Shown: positions 1-15,039, numbered from the stretch's first letter. The stretch: DNA of 64,000 nt from Antedon mediterranea (GCF_964355755.1 NC_092670.1:1416201-1480200); one strand, 5' to 3'. The notes: generated from the letters alone by a model not told the origin. Program-made: numbers and translations.

Positions 1-227
1 ACGAAAATATTACATTACAGCAAAAGGTTTGTTCAGTCAATGTATATATACATATATACATAGGTTTAGCAGCAGCAGACGATAATTTTTGTTGTATTTT
101 GGAAGCTCTCATATACGCGCTCAATGCTGATAGCCTACTGGTCATTTTAGTAAAAACGTGGGAGGCATTTGTGTTTTGAAATTTAAAAATTAAGGAATTA
201 ATACTTCAGTGACGTTTACATAGTTAC

Positions 228-3200
228 CTTGCAAGTTTAATGATTATACCTATAAGGATTACAACTGTAATTACTAGGCATACCACAGTCACTGTCACGT
301 AAACTTGGCCATTTGAATTCTCAATTGTACCTTAAAAATAGAATAAGTGATAAATTCAATGGCTTTATATAAAAGTCAATATTTGTACCAAACTAGAATT
401 GAAACGAGGAGTAAAACAAAATGAGGAATAAAACAAGTAGGTATTATCTCCTTGTTCACATCAGAACTTACACAACCTCCTCTACATGTATTAAATCACA
501 TAATTCTTTATTTGTGGTCCAAATGCGCAATCATGTTGTTACCTTTGTTGCTTGAGTGTTGTGCTTCGGCTTCTCTGACATTATTGCATGTGGTGTTGAC
601 ACCTAATATTTACATGTAAAAATATATTTAACCAAATTATATCAACGTGCGAATTATTTATTAAAAATATAGCCTATGACGTCTCTGTAAATTGACTTAA
701 AACAAACAAACGGAAAGAAATATCGTGTTGAAATGGTGATAGACGAGGCAATATTTGTTTTATTATTTGTCAATAGGCCTAATTGATGATTTATAAAAGC
801 AAATTCTTTAGCCTACTTGTATTATTGCTTGTTCCACATGTCAATCCACTAAATCCATCAGAACAAATGCAAGAAAACAACCCATCGTCTGATGTTTTCA
901 TTTTCCCGCCATTTTGGCACTGGTTGTATGATTTTACGTCTGTAAGAACAATGAATTCAAGAAGATTAGCAGGCCTATTCACCTTTTGGTAAAAGAACGT
1001 ACGTCATACCCGTGCCGAATTCAGCCTTAGTAGCAGAATGCTAAGTTACATTCCCCAGATGGTTTGTGCATGCGCACTAGTAGCCGGTAGTGAATCGCTT
1101 TACTGCTGTTACTGCTACGCATGTGCAATCAGAAATTAGCTGCAAGAAACTTCCCACATTGTACAATGCTATATAAAAAAACTGCTATACTAACTTGACA
1201 CTGTTATTTTGAACGAGCATGTGTTTGAACGTTCAGCCATATCCGTAGCCGTGTACTCGACATTGATTGTTTTCCCTAAAACTCCATTTGGTATTTCAAT
1301 TACTTCACCAGGAGAATGAGAATTACTGGTACTGGAGAAACAAGCGGAATCGTCTGTCCACACTGGAGGTTGCCAAAACACATTTACTGTTCTTTCATTT
1401 GGTTTTGTGAGGAGATGGATATCTTCTGGACAGGTTGACCCGTATGAAGGTGGTTCTTGGTCTTCAAAATTACCTAAAATTGACAAAAATATTGATTTTA
1501 AAATGTGAATACCATAAGATATGAAGCATGTTAATTGTTTGAAGGTAGTTTCTAGTTCACGTATGTTTCAAAGAATGGTTCAAAAATTATTTTCCATAAG
1601 GCATGATTCTATCGTTTGCCCCCGAAATAGTAGTAGTAGTAGTGGTGTATATCCGCTTACTTATTTCACACACGTATGCGAAATTCATGCTACAAGGAAC
1701 ATCATTCCATTTGTCTGAATGCGTATAATCAAGCTCTACACAATCTTCACCGTGTCCATAATTATTTGGTTCACCGGCTCCAAAATCTGTAAAAAACATC
1801 ATATCATCATAAAAGTATACCGTAACAGTTATATATGCATTATAGTTTTATATTTAAAAAAAAACGATGTAGAGTATTTTAGAAATACTCTAGAAAATAA
1901 GATAGGATAACTTGGTTGACATGTTTGCTTTTAACGTCACCAACTAATTTGTCTGTTAATTGGTCAATTGGGTTTTTATTTGAAATATCTAGTGTTTAAA
2001 TTTAAAACCGTTAATTGCTCATCTACAAATTCCCTTGTTTCTTTACTTCCCGACATGTAAACAGTGAGTGGCCAAGCGGTTAAGAGTGGAACCGTAATAC
2101 CTTGCCATATTAACATCGGAAAGGGTTCGAGCCTCACTCGTTCCATGGTTCTGGTGGTAAAACGAGTCTTTTCGGATAAGGACTATAAACCGTAGGTCAG
2201 TGTACACATCTAGCTCATGTGCACCTTAAAGAATCTAGTACATCTTTCGAGACGAGTAGGGGGTTACCCCGGTGTAGTATTATACACACAGCTACTGTCA
2301 CTCATCAAGAGTTGATTGCCAGTATACGCTGTTTAGGGTCACCCTCTATAAATAAGGTGAAATAAAAAATAAATAAATAAAATAAAACAGTATATAATCA
2401 TGATGATTAGGCTACAACCTGATACAACGTTAATACAAACATCCTGAAATCTTTAAAACACAGAAATACTGCTGAAGCTTTTATGATGCAAAAGTGTGTT
2501 GCCCAAGACGACGCCAAATACGTACTTTTATATTGACTGCATTCTTTCGAGACCCATTTAAAATTCGTCTCATTCTGTACATCCGATATACCTAGCCATA
2601 GATCACTTCGAGTAGGATTGTTGGTGTAAAGAAAGTCATTTTCTGCTTTGTTCCTGACCACCACTAAATCTGCACCTAGGTCCAAACAGTTTGACCTAGC
2701 GTCTGACCAGGACGTTTTCGTTGCCTCAAATTTGTAACAGCTATCTTGAAACGAAACCCAGCCTTCTTGACAGGAAGATACTGTAACGAATAAAGAATTT
2801 ATAAAAAAAAATACAATAACAGGATTCTAATATTGTTTATTGTATTGTGTGCGTATTTTTCTACACCCAAACATCCGTAGACATTTTTAGAGAGAGAAAC
2901 GTCGAATGTCCTCCTAATATTGAATACATGCATTCGCCATAGTCGATGATCCATAGCTGATATTTATTTTACATGGATTTTTAGCCTTGCATGCTTTACC
3001 CCAATCTACACCCTCGTGGTGTATTGAATCAGGAATATGGTCGTCATGGGATATAATTAAAGAACAGAGCAGCTAATAATAATAATTATACCTGTGCAAT
3101 TGCAGTGCATATTAAAGAAAACACTAAATTTGTAAATGTAGCCATGGTTCAGCGATATCCAAGAGTGTGCATACCCGGTTGTTTTTCCCGATGTACATTT

Positions 3201-6200
3201 CAGTATTAGGCCTATCTGTGGTAGGTACCAAGTAGCCTTATTGTCTTTTTCCTTCCGATATAGATCGATTAGAAACTGATTGACGTCAGCGTATTTAAAA
3301 TAGTAAAATCATTATATTTCATAGCATTGTACATGTTATCGACATTTTTGCGATTTTCCACAATTTTGAAATTAAGTCTTTAAACAAATCCTGTACTATT
3401 GGAATACATTTTCTATGTAGAGAATGGAAGTAAGTCCTTAAAATATCCCAGCAAAGGAAATTGGTCTAATAATATAAATGACTAAGAACTGTGATTATTG
3501 ATTATTAAAATATTTTTTTTTGCTGCAATCTTTAACGATACAATTATATTATGTGTGTATTGTGTGTGGATATCTGTTATTTGTGTTCATCTTATTTATA
3601 AAAATAATATATGCTGTATCGTTTATTTCTAAGTGTGAATAACAAATAAACAAACAGTATACTATTTTTCTAGCACACATACTGTGTATCATTGATAGAA
3701 ATATATCCATGGTATGTGTTAAACTGTAATAATAAAGTCTAATGTACATATAATCTTTAGTTTACACTGCGCATGTTCGTCGTGAATATTATTGCGATTA
3801 AAACAGGATTAATTTGTCAGTTAAATTGATTTGCCCACGAACAGATTTCTATTTAACCTACCGGTGCTATTTGCTGTTGCGCATGTCCGTCCACTAAAAC
3901 CATCAGGACAAGTGCAAGAAACCAATCCATCGTCTGATGTTTTAATTATCCCGCCATTATGGCACTGGTTATACGATTCTAAATCTGTAAAAACTATGTT
4001 TAAAAAAAAAAGAAAGATCAGTACATTGCTATGGTAAGGTAGTGTAGTCCAATATGCCTATACAGAGATCAATAAAAAAAACCCCTTGTTCTAGAAAAAC
4101 ACCTGCTCGTACCGATTGGTAATTATGGAAATGGGTTTGATTCCATCTAATTTAAAACCTCGCCAGGACAATTCCAGTCATTTTGATGCCCCATAGATGA
4201 TTTGTATAACGGAAAAACGTAGGCCTACAAACTTTCTGTCCTGCAGTATAATACTTTAAAACTACTAACTTGACACAGTTATTTTGAATGAGCATTTGCT
4301 TGAACGTCCAGCCATATCCGTAGCCGTGTACACCACATTGATTGTTTTTCCAAAAACTCCAATTGGTATGTCAATTACTTCACCAGGAGAATGGGAGTTA
4401 CTGGTACTGGATAAACAAAATGAATCGTCTGTCCACACGGGAGGTTGCCAAAACACAGATACTCTTCTTTCATTTGGTTTAGTGAGAAGATGTATATCGT
4501 CTGGACAGGATGACCCGTATGAAGGTGGTTCTTGATCTTTAAAATGACCTGAAATTTATTATAGAAACACAGAGTTTTAGAATATATATTATTCTCCAAA
4601 ACATACCAAATAAGGATATAAATAATAAATTAAAGTGTTAATAGGCCATTTTGTAGTTTAATAAGGTTATTCACTTTCACCGTACCGGGAAGTGCAAAAC
4701 TATAGTTTGTAGTCCAACTATGTGAACATTAAATGTCTTATCAGCAGAAACAGTTTTACAAAATATTTCTTTAAGAGTACCGGTATCTATTACTATATCA
4801 ATCATTTTAAATTTTAGGCAGCGCTTCACAAGTTTTCTGTTTTTGAGTTTCGCCGCTCTTATTTATAATTAATTTATCACAAACTTTTTAAATAGAAAAG
4901 AAAGAGAAATACAAATGTTATAATAATAAAATCTCCGCTTACTTAATTCACACACATATGCGTATATCCTGCTACAAGGGATATCATTCCATTTGTCTGA
5001 ATGTGTATAATCAAGCTCTACACAATCTTCACCGTTTCTATGATCATTTGGTTCCCCTTTACCAAAATCTGCATAATCACCAAAAGAAATTAGTTAACCA
5101 ATACCCTTCACAAACTGAATTACTACAGGCCTATTATATTTTTAAATGATAGGCCTATTCAATTCAATTCAACTTTATTTCAGACAAACTGTCCATATGA
5201 AACATATAAATACAATAAAAAACTAGAATTTAATTCGTCACTTTGACGAATTATAGGTGATCATTTTTATCATTTTAATAAAATTAACATTTTTTAAACA
5301 TGCATGTACGTTAACATACGATCGTTAAAAGTTGATGTACGCCATCCTATGACATGATTGCATATACACTTATAGTGCTGAGTTCTACGTATGTGTCATA
5401 CAATGTACAGTATATACTGTATATCTATATACAGTGTAGCATAGGTGAAATTACGGGACTCATATCGTGTTCTAATTTTTTGGTATGATGGAATTTTCAA
5501 AATAAACTCGAAGATGACAATTTCGAAAGATAATGAATTGAGCAAATAAATATAAGGATTGGAAGAAAATTTGACACGTAGAAGCGCAATGCGCGGTCTT
5601 TGAAATTTGTATAACTTTGACTAAAGAAATTTAAAAACTACTTTTTAACTTCAACTGGCCATATGATAACATCACAACATCCGATAGGCTTAATTTTAAT
5701 ATGAATTCATATCTACATTTCATCAGCTTTCATAATAACTTATAATCTTCAAGGTCACCTTTAATTCTGAAGAGCTATAAGATATTCAAATGTATGGTGT
5801 AGCTGAAATTACACGACCTAGGTTATTCAAGTTTTTACGAGTGATGACGTCATCAAAATAAAAATGTTGACAACTCATTAGAAGAATAATTAATTGAGCA
5901 AGCACATACTAAAAGTTGTGCGAAAATCGGGCTCAAATAACGGAGATGCGCTCTATTGAATGTGATAACCCACACAAAAAGAAAAAAATTCCTAATTTTT
6001 AAATTCAAGTGGCCATTTGATGACGTCATACCATTTTGTACGTCTAATGTGTATATACATTTGTATCTACAACTTATTGGCTTCCATAATAAGTTAAAAA
6101 AATTGGGGGTCATCTGCCATTCTGAAGAGTTATATTCATTTTAAAAAGTCCTTATTTTTTACCATTTTTAGCACTTTTGTTAGTTAGTGTGCACATTTTG

Positions 6201-9200
6201 TCATTTTTAACGTGCTCGTATAGCGTTATTTTAAGTCGGAATGGACTCAAAATTGGTGAATGTACTGAGGATTGTGAGTAGAATGTGATTTATACATCAA
6301 ATTTTATTTTTTACGCATTTTAAGAATCGTGCGCACAAAAACGCATTTTTGCGCAGTAATTTTTTGAAACGCGCAAATGGCCTAATTCATGCTCTAAATT
6401 GATCAAAACCTAATTTTGCGCGTTTTAAATTTTTAACGCGCGATTTCACGTGCATGACCTTGAAACGCGCAACTTTTTATTTGCTAATATTTTTACCCTT
6501 GACCTGAAGTTTACCTGTAGTGAATTTCATTAATATGTCATAATGAATTATGGAGATATGATTGATAATGTGATTTCACAAAATGGCGTATAAATGACGT
6601 CACGGATGAGTGATCACGCTGGAAAGCTGATTAGGATTAAGTTATATTATTTGAAAGATATTCTGAAATTTTGGTAATCATTGACATTAAACTTTTTGAG
6701 ATAATTGTTACACAAAATAGTGTACAGAAACAATAAAAAGAAAAAAAAAATAATAATAATAATAAAGATTTCATACAATAACAATAGGTGATCATTTTAT
6801 TCTAAATGATCACCTAATAATACAAAGCATTATGTGACAACCGTCATGGAGAGAGGACTAATAATTATTTGTTGACATATAGTGCCTCTTAAAATACAAG
6901 TATATGACAAGTATATTAAAAAAAAAAAAAAAGAAACTTTAATCAATTAAAATGTAAAAGAATTAATATTATTTATGCATCTAAAACATTGAATGGGATT
7001 ACTCCCGTTCTGTTCATCCATGATTTTATAGATAAGATAAGAAGATAAAACCACTACTAATAAACTCGTTCACACAAGATTTAATGTTCTTGCTGCTACT
7101 TTAAACCACTTGAAAAATAAGCGTATAGGGTCTAAACAGGTCTAAAAATATATTTTATTAGATATTACTAGGTTTATACGCACTTTTATATTGACTGCAT
7201 TGTGTCGATACCCATGTAAATTCAGTCTCATTCTCCCTATCTGATAAGCCTAGCCATAGATCGCCAGTTGTAGGATTGTTAGCATAAAGAAAGTCATTTT
7301 CTGCTTTGTTTCCGACCACCACCAAGTCTGCACCTTGGTCCAAACAGCTTGCTCTAGCGTCTAACCATGACCGTTTTGTTTCCTCAAATTTGTAGCAACT
7401 GTCTTGAAAAAATAACCAGCCTTGTTGACAGGAAATTTCTGTAAGGATTAAAGGATAAAAAGAAAGAAAATCACGCTACTAATTTCTAATATATGTAGAA
7501 CATTAACTATGATTTATTTAACATATTTGTCTGTCTCCTTGCCGTTTATAGGCCTAAAAGTCAAGACAAAATGTATCTACTACTTATTTCAGCTTTATAC
7601 GCTATTTTTTTTCATTTGTACTTTTAAATGTTTTTTTGTTATATTTAAAGATGTATTGTCCCCCAAAAGATGAAAAATGAAGATTAATTAAATCAGACTT
7701 AGAATAGGGTATTTTGTAGTTTTAATAAAGTTAATCACTTCCGTAGAAAAAAGGTTTTCACTTATAAAATGATAAAATAAATGGTTAAATTTAACCAAAA
7801 ACCCATTGGCTGGCAGCCAATTTGACCATTTTTTGCTTTAAATTACAGTTTTTTCAGGTAAATAATTTTTTTTTCGATCCAATTTTTCGTCAAAGTGGAT
7901 AACTATTATGTTACACTAAAATGGCATATTCAACAACAATTTTGTTAAGAATTATTTTTTCAGGGGGACAATACATCTTTTCTCTTTAACTCTTTTCCTC
8001 CCATATCTTGTATTTTAAGTGTAAAGAACCTTATATAACAGCATATTTTAGGGGGATTGTTAACACTTTCTAATGTATAATATTCCATTTTTAGTCGCGT
8101 GGAAGCGACTCTATAGTTCACTATGTCGGTCGGTCGGTCTGTCTGTCTGTCTGTCTGTTGGTCTGTCTGTCGGTCTGTCTGTCGGTCTGTCTGTCGGTCT
8201 GTCTGTCTGTCGGTCCGGTATCACTATGCGTTTTATCGCTTTATGACCTTATCTTGATATCAGTTTAATCTAGCTAAGTCAATTTTTCACAGAATATTCC
8301 TTATGGCCAGGAATCGATGTGGTTATGTTTTCACGGTGCGCAATAAAAAATTACGCGGTCTACGCACGATTTAACGAAATCACGTTTGTAATCATATCTT
8401 AACAACCATGAATCACAATTAAATAAAATTTGGTACTCATAAATTTCAGGGCATAAATCATCATATGGCAATACAATTACGTGCGTAGCGCATGTAACGC
8501 ATGCGTTAGCGCGCTTAAAATTTTCAAAATTTATTTTCGATGAAATAAGAGTACGTTTCAGGCAATTTTAAGCGTTTACAAAATTGCCATGAGTGCGCAG
8601 ATTTTTGCGCGCGCACTGCGCGTTAAATGTTATTCCGCACTCTTTTTGCCCGATTTCTGTTTTCTTGACTTACTTTTCAACTCGAAATTACGTTATACGA
8701 GCACGTCAAAAGTGACAGGCTACGCACGTGTAAATTAAAAAAATATAAATGTTTTTAAACATTTCAACATTTTTAAACATGTTCAGTAATTTCGGTCAGT
8801 ATAGTTCACTAAGTCGGTCGATCCGTCTGTCTGTCGGTCTGTTTGTCTGTCGGTCCGGTATCACTATGCATTGTAGCACGCGACTTAATGGCTGTTGGCC
8901 TTGTTTTTATAACGTTTCCCAAAGATTCATGCATTTATTTTTCAGTTTTATAATTGAACCTTAATCCTGAAAACGATTTGTCGTCAACCTACCGGAACTT
9001 TTTTTTGTTTCACATGTCAATCCTGTAAATCCATCAGTACAAATGCAAGAAAGAAGTCCATCTTCTAAAGTTTCAATCATCCCGCCATTTCGGCACTGAT
9101 TATACGATTCTACCTCTGTAACAACTATATATATTAAAATAATTTAAAAAGATTAGTACGTTTCTGGGATTTGTTAAACAATTTGATTTAGTCCAATATG

Positions 9201-11581
9201 CCTACATGTATACAGAGCAGGCAATTTTGGTTAAATATGTGTAGTGCTAACAATTCCTGTATTTATATATCATTATGGATATACATTCTATTATGCATTG
9301 TTTGTGTTAAACTGCTATACTAACTTGACACTGTTATTTTGAATGAGCATGTGTTCGAACGTCCAACCATATCCGTAGCCGTGTACTCGACATTGATGGT
9401 TTTCCCTAAAACGCCATTTGGTATTTCAATTACTTCACCAGGAGAATGAGAGTTAGTGGTACTGAATAAACAAGATGAATCGTCTGTCCACACGGGAGGT
9501 TGCCAAAACACAGTTACTTTTCTTTCTTTTGGTTTTGTGAGAAGATGAATATCTTGTGGACAGGTTGACCCATATGAAGGTGATTCTTGGTCTTCAAAAT
9601 GACCTGAAATTAATTAAAGGTAGATTTTTGGAAATAATACCGTACCGTACTGTTTTACACACTTAGATGCATAGTATATAATATGTAAAATTCCCAACTG
9701 TTGTAATGAATGAAATAATAATGAAAGTTTAAAGATGTATTGTTCCTTTAAACACAATAAACGAAAAAAAAAAACATATTCTAAATTTAAATTAGCCATA
9801 TCAAAGTAAGTTAAGTCGAAAATTCGAGCCAAAAACAACAAGTCACGGTTGAGGAGATGTTTTCACACAGGTCGCGAGGAAGTTTTATGATTATGCATAC
9901 AGAGTAGCCAAACAAGCGCGTTGCATTATGAGATATGTTTTGATCGAAAACATTGACTGGAAGTTAAAGTTATTTTTTTTTTAAAACGTCTGTATTTCGG
10001 TTAAATATTTTTTTTTTCGACTAATTTTTGGTAAAGTTAATAACTATTATGATACTTCAAAATGTCCCACTTTTTTTCGAAATATTAAACAAAAAGCTTT
10101 TGTTGAATTAGTCAAAGGGACAATACACCTTTAAATTTGCGTGTGCTGATGAAAATGACATTTTACATGCAGAGAAACCCACAAACCTACTAGTAAAAAC
10201 AAACAACAACAAAGGGAAGAATTCTATATTAGGGTTTGTCCTCAAAGTAGTAGTGATATTAGAGAGCGTTCGATTTGTGACGACTCACGACCAAACTACT
10301 TCACATGCACATATGGGGATATTGACACAGATTTGATGGTTTTTTGGTCCAAGGTAGAAGGTAGGTCGTCGGTCGCAAATCGAAAGTGTCCTATAATTAA
10401 TACAGTATATGCTCTTACTTATTTCACACATATATGCGAATTTCCTATAACAAGGGTAATCATTCCATGTTTCGGAATTTCTGAATGTAAGTACCACACA
10501 GTCTTCCTGGTTATTGTAATCATTGGGTTCACCCGGATGAAAATCTGTAAAAACACCAAAGAAATGTTTATTAGATAGGCTTAATATATAAATTTACAGG
10601 GTGATATATTGAACATAAACTTAAATAGCCAATTTTGAAACGTAAACATCTGCGGAAATATGTGACAATGAGAAAAGTCGACCAAACCGAGATTCGAACC
10701 TGAAACTATGTCTAAAAACGTTATTAAATGTTACCAGGTTCATATACGTACTGTTATATTGACTGCATTCTGTCGAAACCCATGTGAAGTTAGCCTCACT
10801 ATCCAAATCCGATAAGCCTATCCACATAGCGTTTCCCATATGATTGTTAGCATAAAGAAAGTCATTTTCTGCTTTGTTTCTAACCACCACTAAGTCTGCA
10901 CCTAGTTCTGTACAGTTTGATCTAGCGTCTGACCAGGACCTTTTTGTCGAATCAAATTTGTAACAGCTATCTTGGAACGACAACCAGCCTTGCTGACAGG
11001 AAAATACTGTAATGATTAAAGTATTTAGAAAGAAAATACGTTATTAGACTTATATGAGAGGTACTTTAGTTCTTCAGAAAACCAATAGTATTGTATGACC
11101 CAAAGTCTCCGGCACGAAAAAGTGCTTTCATCGAATTTAATTAGAAACATTATGACATTACAAGTCCGGTAGCAGAATGTTGTGATAATTGTCATGCCAA
11201 CACTCAAATTACGTTCAGGTGCATTAGCTATACGATTAAATGCTAATATTTAATATTTGTCGATGTCTTGTCATTGTAAAGCTGACCTTGATGAACTATT
11301 TATTTTGTAGCCGAAAAAATATCTTAACTTTTACAGTGAACCTCCTAACTTCGTCAGTGATGAACTTGATAGGTACAGTAGGGCTAGATTCTGAGAGAAT
11401 GTTAGAATGCCTATTTTGTTGTATTTTCAGAAATTTTTAAAATGGATTACACCAATATTCGTCCTCTCTTCATGTGATAATAGACAAAATAAATAAGAAT
11501 ATGTATAAGATAGTTTCCATACCTACCTTTAGCAACTGCTGTACTTATAAATAAGAACACCAGGGTTGTGGATGTGGTCAT
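228..11581 (-). CDS. Lectin receptor gene 1: SP-[CTLD-HYR-EGF]x3-spacer-TM (tail exon beyond left edge of window)
   Basis: GT-AG exons: SP 11527-11581 (MTTSTTLVFLFISTAVAK); CTL 10752-11006 + 10419-10544; HYR 9325-9603; EGF 8993-9115; CTL 7184-7438 + 4943-5068; HYR 4270-4548; EGF 3862-3984; CTL 2526-2780 + 1661-1786; HYR 1195-1473; EGF 817-939; spacer 543-602; TM 228-330. WIGL/WLG, EPN and WND lectin motifs; HYR PPSYGSTCP...YTATD...CSF. Could be annotated as two genes split at about 3.3-3.8 kb. Confidence 0.8.
2060..2388 (+). mobile_element. tRNA-derived SINE in CTLD intron
   Basis: Pol III A-box-like TGGCCAAGCGG (~2069), B-box-like GGTTCGAGCC (~2124), central GGATAAGGACTATAAACCG segment and A-rich (AAAT)n tail. 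Confidence 0.65.
3092..3145 (-). pseudogene. Internal, frameshifted signal-peptide exon
   Basis: MATFTNLVFSLICTAIAQ then gtataa donor. It is 54 nt (phase 0), whereas intact paralogous SP exons are 49/52/55 nt (phase 1), so splicing to the next CTL exon gives a stop. Confidence 0.65.
3240..3296 (-). promoter_or_regulatory. Conserved family promoter block (CRE TGACGTCA + ETS-like CGGAAG)
   Basis: TTGTCTTTTTCCTTCCG...GATT...TGACGTCAGC (CRE 3281-3288). Recurs, with variants, ~110-135 bp upstream of the SP ATGs at 11581, 21732, 34741 and 43192. Confidence 0.55.
5222..6819 (-). mobile_element. Non-autonomous Helentron-associated (HINE-like) element, ~1.6 kb
   Basis: Subterminal TAGGTGATCATTTT at both ends. 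5' hairpin TAGGTGATCATTT..AAATGATCACCTA (~6785-6817); 3' stem-loop AATTCGTCA-CTT-TGACGAATT next to CTAG (~5223-5252). Non-coding. Confidence 0.6.
7649..7978. mobile_element. MITE with AGATGTATTGTCCCCC TIRs (TTAA-target, Kolobok-like)
   Basis: Terminal inverted repeats AGATGTATTGTCCCCC / GGGGGACAATACATCT. An inverted copy is at 44744-45052. Confidence 0.7.
8092..8904 (+). mobile_element. HINE/DINE-1-like element family A, full copy
   Basis: 5' hairpin AGTCGC-GTGGAA-GCGACT, (GTCY/GGTC)n microsatellite, 3' subTIR CACGCGACT and GGCTGTTGGCC stem; inserted in a T-run. Near-identical copies at 39511-40197 and 50101-50914. Confidence 0.75.
9733..10130. mobile_element. TTAA-flanked MITE related to the 7649 family
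   Basis: TTAA-AGATGTATTGTTCC...GGGACAATACACCT-TTAA, with internal similarity to 7649-7978. Confidence 0.55.
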
Positions 11582-11874
11582 GGTGATGCGGTATCAAGCA
11601 ATGTGAATATTCCCTGGTGTGTCTAATATATGTAATATTTAAGACTGTTCCAAGTAGCATATTATTATCTTTTCCCTCCGGTTAAGATTGAAATCGGTGG
11701 ACGTCGGCTTATTTTCATAGCATCTGTTTTCTGGGAATTGTGTTTTGGCCTAACATAACCCTAATCAGAATAATATTCATTGGTAATGCGGAGCCTATGT
11801 CTTGTATATACAATGTGAGCTATCTCCAATAATGTTGCACGTACAGTTAAAATTACAATATTACTAGAAAGACA

Positions 11875-14800
11875 ATGCGCTTAGAATGTGCACCCACTCA
11901 CTCAATAGATAGACATGACGATGCGCTTAGAAGGTGCACCCACTCACTCAATAGATAGACATGAAGATGCGCTTAGAATGTGTACCCACTCACTTAATAG
12001 ATAGACATGACGATGCGCTTAGAATGTGCACCCACTCACTTAATAGATAGACATGACGATGCGCTTAGAATGTGTACCCACTCACTTAATAGATAGACAT
12101 GACGATGCGCTTAGAATGTGCACCCACTCACTTAATAGATAGACATGACGATGCGCTTAGAATGTGCACCCACTCACTTAATAGATAGACATGACGATGC
12201 GCTTAGAATGTGTACCCACTCACTTAATAGATAGACATGACGATGCGCTTAGAAAGTGCACCCACTCACTTAATAGACATGACGATGCGCTTAGAATGTG
12301 CACCCACTCACTTAATAGATAGACATGACGATGCGCTTAGAATGTGCACCCACTCACTTAATAGATAGACATGACGATGCACTTAGAATGTGCACCCACT
12401 CACTCAATAGATAGACATGAAGATGCGCTTAGAAAGTGCACCCACTCACTTAATAGATAGACATGGCGATGCGCTTAGAATGTTCACCCACTCACTCAAT
12501 AGATAGACATGGCGATGCGCTTAGAATGTGCACCCACTCACTCAATAGATAGACATGACGATACACTTAGAATGTGCACCCACTCACTTAATAGATAGAC
12601 ATGACGATGCGCTTAGAATGTGCACCCACTCACTTAATAGATAGACATGACGATGCACTTAGAATGTGCACCCACTCACTTAATAGATAGACATGACGAT
12701 GCACTTAGAATGTGCACCCACTCACTCAATAGATAGACATGACGATGCGCTTAGAATGTGCACCCACTCACTTAATAGATAGACATGACGATGCGCTTAG
12801 AATGTGCACCCACTCACTTAATAGATAGACATGGCGATGCGCTTAGAATGTGCACCCACTCACTCAATAGATAGAAATGGCGATGCGCTTAGAATGTGCA
12901 CCCACTCACTCAATAGATAGACATGACGATGCGCTTAGAATGTGCACCCACTCACTTAATAGATAGACATGACGATGCGCTTAGAATGTGCACCCACTCA
13001 CTTAATAGATAGACATGACGATGCGCTTAGAATGTGTACCCACTCACTTAATAGATAGACATGACGATGCGCTTAGAATGTGCACCCACTCACTTAATAG
13101 ATAGACATGACGATGCGCTTAGAATGTGCACCCACTCACTTAATAGATAGACATGACGATGCACTTAGAATGTGCACCCACTCACCTAATAGATAGACAT
13201 GACGATGCGCTTAGAAGGTGCACCCACTCACTTAATAGATAGACATGACGATGCGCTTAGAATGTGCACCCACTCACTCAATAGATAGACATGGCGATGC
13301 GCTTAGAATGTGCACCCACTCACTTAATAGATAGACATGACGATGCGCTTAGAATGTGCACCCACTCACTTAATAGATAGACATGATGATACGCTTAGAT
13401 TGTGCACCCACTCACTTAATAGATAGACATGACGATGCGCTTAGAATGTGCACCCACTCACTTAATAGATAGACATGACGATGCGCTTAGAATGTGCACC
13501 CACTCACTTAATAGATAGACATGACGATGCGCTTAGAAAGTGCACCCACTCACTTAATAGATAGACATGACGACGCGCTTAGAATGTGCACCCACTCACT
13601 TAATAGATAGACATGACGATGCGCTTAGAATGTGCACCCACTCACTTAATAGATAGACATGACGATGCGCTTAGAATGTGCACCCACTCACTTAATAGAT
13701 AGACATGACGATGCGCTTAGAATGTGCACCCACTCACTTAATAGATAGACATGACGATGCGCTTAGAATGTGCACCCACTCACTTAATAGATAGACATGA
13801 CGATGCGCTTAGAATGTGCACCCACTCACTTAATAGATAGACATGACGATGCGCTTAGAATGTGCACCCACTCACTTAATAGATAGACATGACGATGCGC
13901 TTAGAATGTGCACCCACTCACTTAATAGATAGACATGACGATGCGCTTAGAATGTGCACCCACTCACTTAATGATAGACATGACGATGCGCTTAGAATGT
14001 GCACCCACTCACTTAATAGATAGACATGACGATGCGCTTAGAATGTGCACCCACTCACTTAATAGATAGACATGACGACGCGCTTAGAATGTGCACCCAC
14101 TCACTTAATAGATAGACATGACGATGCGCTTAGAATGTGCACCCACTCACTTAATAGATAGATATGACGATGCGCTTAGAATGTGCACCCACTCACTTAA
14201 TAGATAGACATGACGACGCGCTTAGAATGTGCACCCACTCACTTAATAGATAGACATGACGATGCGCTTAGAATGTGCACCCACTCACTTAATAGATAGA
14301 CATGACGATGCGCTTAGAATGTGCACCCACTCACTTAATAGATAGACATGACGATGCGCTTAGAAAGTGCACCCACTCACTTAATAGATAGACATGACGA
14401 TGCGCTTAGAATGTGCACCCACTCACTTAATAGATAGACATGACGATGCGCTTAGAATGTGCACCCACTCACTTAATAGATAGACATGACGACGCGCTTA
14501 GAATGTGCACCCACTCACTTAATAGATAGACATGACGATGCGCTTAGAATGTGCACCCACTCACTTAATAGATAGACATGACGATACGCTTAGAATGTGC
14601 ACCCACTCACTTAATAGATAGACATGACGATGCGCTTAGAATGTGCACCCACTCACTTAATAGATAGACATGACGATGCGCTTAGAATGTGCACCCACTC
14701 ACTTAATAGATAGACATGATGATACACTTAGAAGGTGCACCCACTCACTTAATAGATAGACATGACGATGCGCTTAGAATGTGCACCCACTCACTTAATA

Positions 14801-15039
14801 GATAGACATGACGATGCGCTTAGAATGTGCACCCACTCACTTAATAGATAGACATGACGATGCGCTTAGAATGTGCACCCACTCACTTAATAGATAGACA
14901 TGACGATGCGCTTAGAATGTGCACCCACTCACTTAATAGATAGACATGACGATGCGCTTAGAATGTGCACCCACTCACTTAATAGATAGACATGACGATG
15001 CGCTTAGAATGTGCACCCACTCACCTAATAGATAGACAT
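11875..15039. repeat. 46-bp satellite, ~69 copies
   Basis: Unit ATGCGCTTAGAATGTGCACCCACTCACTTAATAGATAGACATGACG; period 46 (11921 to 11967); no spacers. Confidence 0.97.

Noticed and set aside
228-330. Charged TM residue for adaptor pairing
   Set aside because: The Lys in IIIKLAR lies at the cytoplasmic edge, consistent with the positive-inside rule.
783-4535. Recurring + strand ORFs (PPFWHW.., MNEHLLERP..)
   Set aside because: Antisense shadows of the EGF and HYR exons.
11875-15039. CRISPR-like array
   Set aside because: Head-to-tail units with no unique spacers, in a eukaryotic context with no cas genes.
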